The notes below the pieces were generated by a model that saw nothing but the letters and a program-made list of their open reading frames with translations, had not been told where the DNA came from and ran no database searches. Below, one piece after another: positions 31,248 through 34,265 of a stretch of DNA of 34,265 nucleotides. This DNA is from an uncultured Bacilli bacterium (GTDB taxonomy: Bacteria > Bacillota_I > Bacilli_A > RF39 > UBA660), in the NCBI GenBank assembly GCA_947585885.1, contig CANPXI010000001.1, positions 1 to 34,265 of the forward strand, written 5' to 3'. Within the stretch, counting starts at the first letter, position 1; each line of letters begins with the position of its first letter. Position numbers and translations under genes: made by a program.

Positions 31248-34148
31248 ATGAAAAAAATATCCATTGTAATGCCTGTATATAATGGTAAAGAATACATAAG
31301 AGAATCAATAGAAAGCATAATAAGTCAAACATATCCGTTTTGGGAATTAATAATTGTAAATGATTTTGGTTCTAATGATGGCGTAGTAGATATAATAAAA
31401 GAATATGCACAAAAAGATGAGAGAATCATATTAGTACAAAATAAAAAACGTGAAGGAATTTCAGAATCAATAAATATTGGACTTAGACTAGCTACAGGTG
31501 AATACATAGCAAGAATGGATTCAGATGATATATCTGGCCCTAAAAGATTAGAAACACAATTAAAATACTTAGAAGAAAACACAGACATTTATTTATGCGG
31601 AATATCACCTGAATATTTTGGCTCAAAAAAACTTATTTGGGATTTAGAAAAAGATCCAATTCAAATAAAACATAATATATTTTTTTACACTCCATGTGTG
31701 CATCCTACAATAATGTTTAGAAGAGTAGTCTTAGATACATACAAAATATTTTATAACAAAGATTTTAAAGCAACAGAAGATTATGATTTTTTTTCAAGAG
31801 TTGTTGGAATAGGAAACATAACCAATATAGTTGATAAATCACTTTTCAAATATAGATATTATTCAAATAATGCAACAAATAAAAATTATAATTTAGGAAT
31901 TGTTTTATACAGTAAAGTGATGAAAAACTCATTTAAAAAATATTTAAATTTAGATTTTACAGATGAAGAAATAAACTTACTTAATCCACATATTTCAATA
32001 AAGAACACAAAAGGAAAAGATTTAATAAAAAAATATTTAGAAATAGATTCATTAATGAAAAGAATGCTAATTGCTGCTGCAAATAACAAAGATTTTAATA
32101 TTGATAATATGTTTATAACATTAAAATCAAAATATTATGAATTATTGAATAATACTCCATTTTTATATAAAAGTAAATTTAATGTATTAAATAATAGTAT
32201 ATTAGCAAATTCAAAAATGGTATTACAAAGAGAAGAAAAAACATTTAATAATGATGTTTTAATAATCGTAGATGCTACTGATAATATAGAATACTTATTT
32301 GATACAATAGTATCCATTTTAAATCAAACATATTGTAATTTTAATCTAAATATCATAACTAGTAATGAAAACTTAGATGAAGCAAAAAAAATAATATCAA
32401 TTTTTAAAAAAGAACAAATATCATTATTCACAAAGAAAAACAATGAGAATTTAGATGAAATAATAGATAAATTAAAAAACGAAGAAATAAAGTATATTTC
32501 TATACTGAAATCAGGAGATATATTTTATAAAAACAAACTAGAAAAAGAATATCAATTATTAGAAAAAAATAAAAACTTTGATTGTATTTGTTCAAGAATA
32601 AGATATATAAATAATGAAATATCAAAACCAATAATATATTTAACCAATAAAAATAAACAATTTAATGGACAAATTCCATTTATGATTAGAAATAATTCTA
32701 ATTCTAAAAAAGTATATTGGTTAAAAGACATATTAATAACTAGTTATAATTATAATAAAGGATTAAATAAAAAATATTTAAGAAAAGAATTAAAATTTAT
32801 AGATACTAAAAATCAGAAAAAAATAGGAGGATTTCTTATGATAAGAAAAATACTAAGACCAATTTATACAAAAATTATAGATATACTAGAAAGACGAATC
32901 GAGAAAGATATAGGAGTAGATCTAAAAAAAGTTAGTGAATATAGAGAAGAAATAGAAGAATTAAAATCAATATATTATGGTGAATTAAAAAATAGAATAC
33001 CTTATTATAAAGGTGAAAAAATAAGAGTAGTTTTTATGTTTCAAATGCCATCTTTCTGGCCATCAACTGAATCAGTTTATAATAAAATAAAAGATGATAA
33101 AAGATTTGAAATACATTTTTTATTGATAAAAAATGACAAAGAACCATCACAATCAAAAGGCAATGAACAATTTTTACAAGAATTAAATATTGATTACAAA
33201 ATTGCTTCAATAGAAGAAATAGATAAAATAACTCCACATATCGTTTTCTACCAATCTCCATATGATGATTGGCATAGAGATGAAAGTTTATATAGTAGTA
33301 CCTTAATGCAAAAAGGCTATAGAATAATTTATATACCTTATGGACTTGAAATATCAGATGAAGAATATAGCTTATATCTTCAATACAATTTACCTTTCTT
33401 CTCTTATTGTTGGAAAATATTTGTTGCATCTGAAAGAATAAAAGAAAATTATATAAAATATAATTATAAATTAAAGAATAAAGTAGTAGCTACTGGATTA
33501 CCAAAATTTGATTCTTTATACAATAAATCATTTACTACTCATCACAACTTTAAAAAAGGAGATAAAAAGAATGTATTATTAAAAATTCATTTTCCATTAA
33601 CAATTAATACTGAAAGTGGATACGCTTTACTAACTCCAGAAACTAAAGTATATACAGATTTTATAAACTCTAACTATAGAAAAGAAGAATATAATTTATT
33701 CTTAATGTTACATCCAAAGTTTTATGATAACTTAACAGAAAAAGAAAAAGAAAATTTTAAAAACACAATAAAAAAGAACAATATCACTGTTATAGAAGAT
33801 GCAGATTATAGAGAAATATTATATAATATAGATGCAGTAATTTGTGATCGTTCATCTATATTAGTAGAAATCGGTGGACTTGATATACCAGTATTATTTA
33901 TGGTAAATAAATTTAGAGAAGAAATAGGTTCTAGTATATTTAAAGAATTATTTGATTCTTATATTAAAGGTACAACCACAAAAGACATGTTTAGTTTTAT
34001 AGATTCAGTATTAAAAAATGAAGACACAAATAAAGAAAAAAGAAATAAAGCATTTAAAAACTGTATACCTTATTATGATGGAAAAGCATCTGACAGAATA
34101 GTAGAAGAAATAATAAAAAGTTTAGAAGAAGAAGTAAAAGAAAAATAG
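31248..34148 (+). CDS. Multidomain enzyme: GT2, degenerate GT2-like domain, C-terminal CDP-glycerol glycerophosphotransferase-like (TagB/TagF family) domain
   Basis: KISIVMPVYNGKEYIRESIESIISQTY...ARMDSDDISGPKRLETQ (GT2). The second domain, VLIIVDATDNIEYLFDTIVSILNQTY, has SGD in place of the DxD. The C-terminal ~430 aa have TagF-like features (RVVFMFQMPSFWPS, LMLHPKF, ICDRSSILVEIGGLDIPVLF). I prefer the ATG at 31248 to the track start at 31218. Confidence 0.7.
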   Translation: MKKISIVMPVYNGKEYIRESIESIISQTYPFWELIIVNDFGSNDGVVDIIKEYAQKDERIILVQNKKREGISESINIGLRLATGEYIARMDSDDISGPKRLETQLKYLEENTDIYLCGISPEYFGSKKLIWDLEKDPIQIKHNIFFYTPCVHPTIMFRRVVLDTYKIFYNKDFKATEDYDFFSRVVGIGNITNIVDKSLFKYRYYSNNATNKNYNLGIVLYSKVMKNSFKKYLNLDFTDEEINLLNPHISIKNTKGKDLIKKYLEIDSLMKRMLIAAANNKDFNIDNMFITLKSKYYELLNNTPFLYKSKFNVLNNSILANSKMVLQREEKTFNNDVLIIVDATDNIEYLFDTIVSILNQTYCNFNLNIITSNENLDEAKKIISIFKKEQISLFTKKNNENLDEIIDKLKNEEIKYISILKSGDIFYKNKLEKEYQLLEKNKNFDCICSRIRYINNEISKPIIYLTNKNKQFNGQIPFMIRNNSNSKKVYWLKDILITSYNYNKGLNKKYLRKELKFIDTKNQKKIGGFLMIRKILRPIYTKIIDILERRIEKDIGVDLKKVSEYREEIEELKSIYYGELKNRIPYYKGEKIRVVFMFQMPSFWPSTESVYNKIKDDKRFEIHFLLIKNDKEPSQSKGNEQFLQELNIDYKIASIEEIDKITPHIVFYQSPYDDWHRDESLYSSTLMQKGYRIIYIPYGLEISDEEYSLYLQYNLPFFSYCWKIFVASERIKENYIKYNYKLKNKVVATGLPKFDSLYNKSFTTHHNFKKGDKKNVLLKIHFPLTINTESGYALLTPETKVYTDFINSNYRKEEYNLFLMLHPKFYDNLTEKEKENFKNTIKKNNITVIEDADYREILYNIDAVICDRSSILVEIGGLDIPVLFMVNKFREEIGSSIFKELFDSYIKGTTTKDMFSFIDSVLKNEDTNKEKRNKAFKNCIPYYDGKASDRIVEEIIKSLEEEVKEK
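32825..32840 (+). promoter_or_regulatory. In-frame internal Shine-Dalgarno plus ATG at the GT2 / TagF-like domain boundary
   Basis: AGGAGG (32825-32830), 7-nt spacer, ATG (32838-32840), in frame with the long ORF (32838-31248 = 1590 = 530 codons). Confidence 0.4.
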
Positions 34149-34179
34149 TTTTTACTTCTTTCTTAAAATGGTGATTATT

Positions 34180-34265
34180 ATGAAATTAATATGTATATTT
34201 TTACCTAGTGTAATAAGTCTAATAATAAAACTTATTATTGATAGAAAAAAACTAAAAAAATGGTA
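34180..34265 (+). CDS. Start of a hydrophobic (membrane) protein running off the window
   Basis: ATG at 34180 with GGTGA 6 nt upstream; reads MKLICIFLPSVISLIIKLIIDRKKLKKW... Only 28 codons are visible. Confidence 0.3.
   Translation, partial: MKLICIFLPSVISLIIKLIIDRKKLKKW

Noticed and set aside
1-34265. A search for CRISPR arrays, tRNA/rRNA genes, transposases, integrases, toxin-antitoxin pairs or recognisable defence-system genes.
   Set aside because: I found no regularly spaced direct repeats and no cloverleaf-like or rRNA-like GC-rich segments. Every sizeable ORF is accounted for by an envelope-biogenesis family, and the intergenic regions are short (under 150 nt).

Overview
Very AT-rich sequence (about a quarter G+C by eye) using the standard bacterial code (TGA serves as a stop). 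It looks like a Gram-positive Bacillota/Clostridia-like chromosome; I cannot name the species. Almost the whole 34 kb is a cell-envelope glycopolymer locus. Nearly all genes are on the + strand, arranged in several sub-operons that each have a sigma-A-type promoter. Gene order: (i) a partial ABC substrate-binding gene and a membrane-anchored SleB-type hydrolase on the - strand; (ii) two tandem PlsC-type acyltransferases; (iii) a secreted SH3b + GH73-like glucosaminidase ending in a duplicated dockerin, followed directly by a membrane-anchored cohesin-like protein and an LCP ligase with a PASTA-like domain; (iv) acetyltransferase, Wzy/O-antigen-ligase-like protein, tagO/wecA-type initiating transferase and gpsA; (v) a pssA-like CDP-alcohol phosphatidyltransferase; (vi) GT2, tagG, tagH, GT2, GT2; (vii) a GDP-D-glycero-alpha-D-manno-heptose operon (hddA, SDR epimerase/dehydratase, hddC::gmhB fusion, a frameshifted hexapeptide acetyltransferase, gmhA); (viii) one - strand GT8::GT2 bifunctional glycosyltransferase; (ix) a gtrA/gtrB-type module whose third component is an acyltransferase-3::GT-C fusion, followed by two tandem paralogous polytopic membrane proteins; (x) a 966-aa GT2 + degenerate GT2 + TagF-like protein. 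I saw no rRNA, tRNA, CRISPR array, transposase or integrase. The points most worth following up are the adjacent dockerin/cohesin pair attached to a peptidoglycan hydrolase, the only two long poly-G tracts (G8 in-frame in one membrane paralog, G7 at the first of three frameshifts in the heptose-operon acetyltransferase), and the multi-enzyme extracytoplasmic decoration module. All family names come from motifs read by eye in the translations; no database search was possible.
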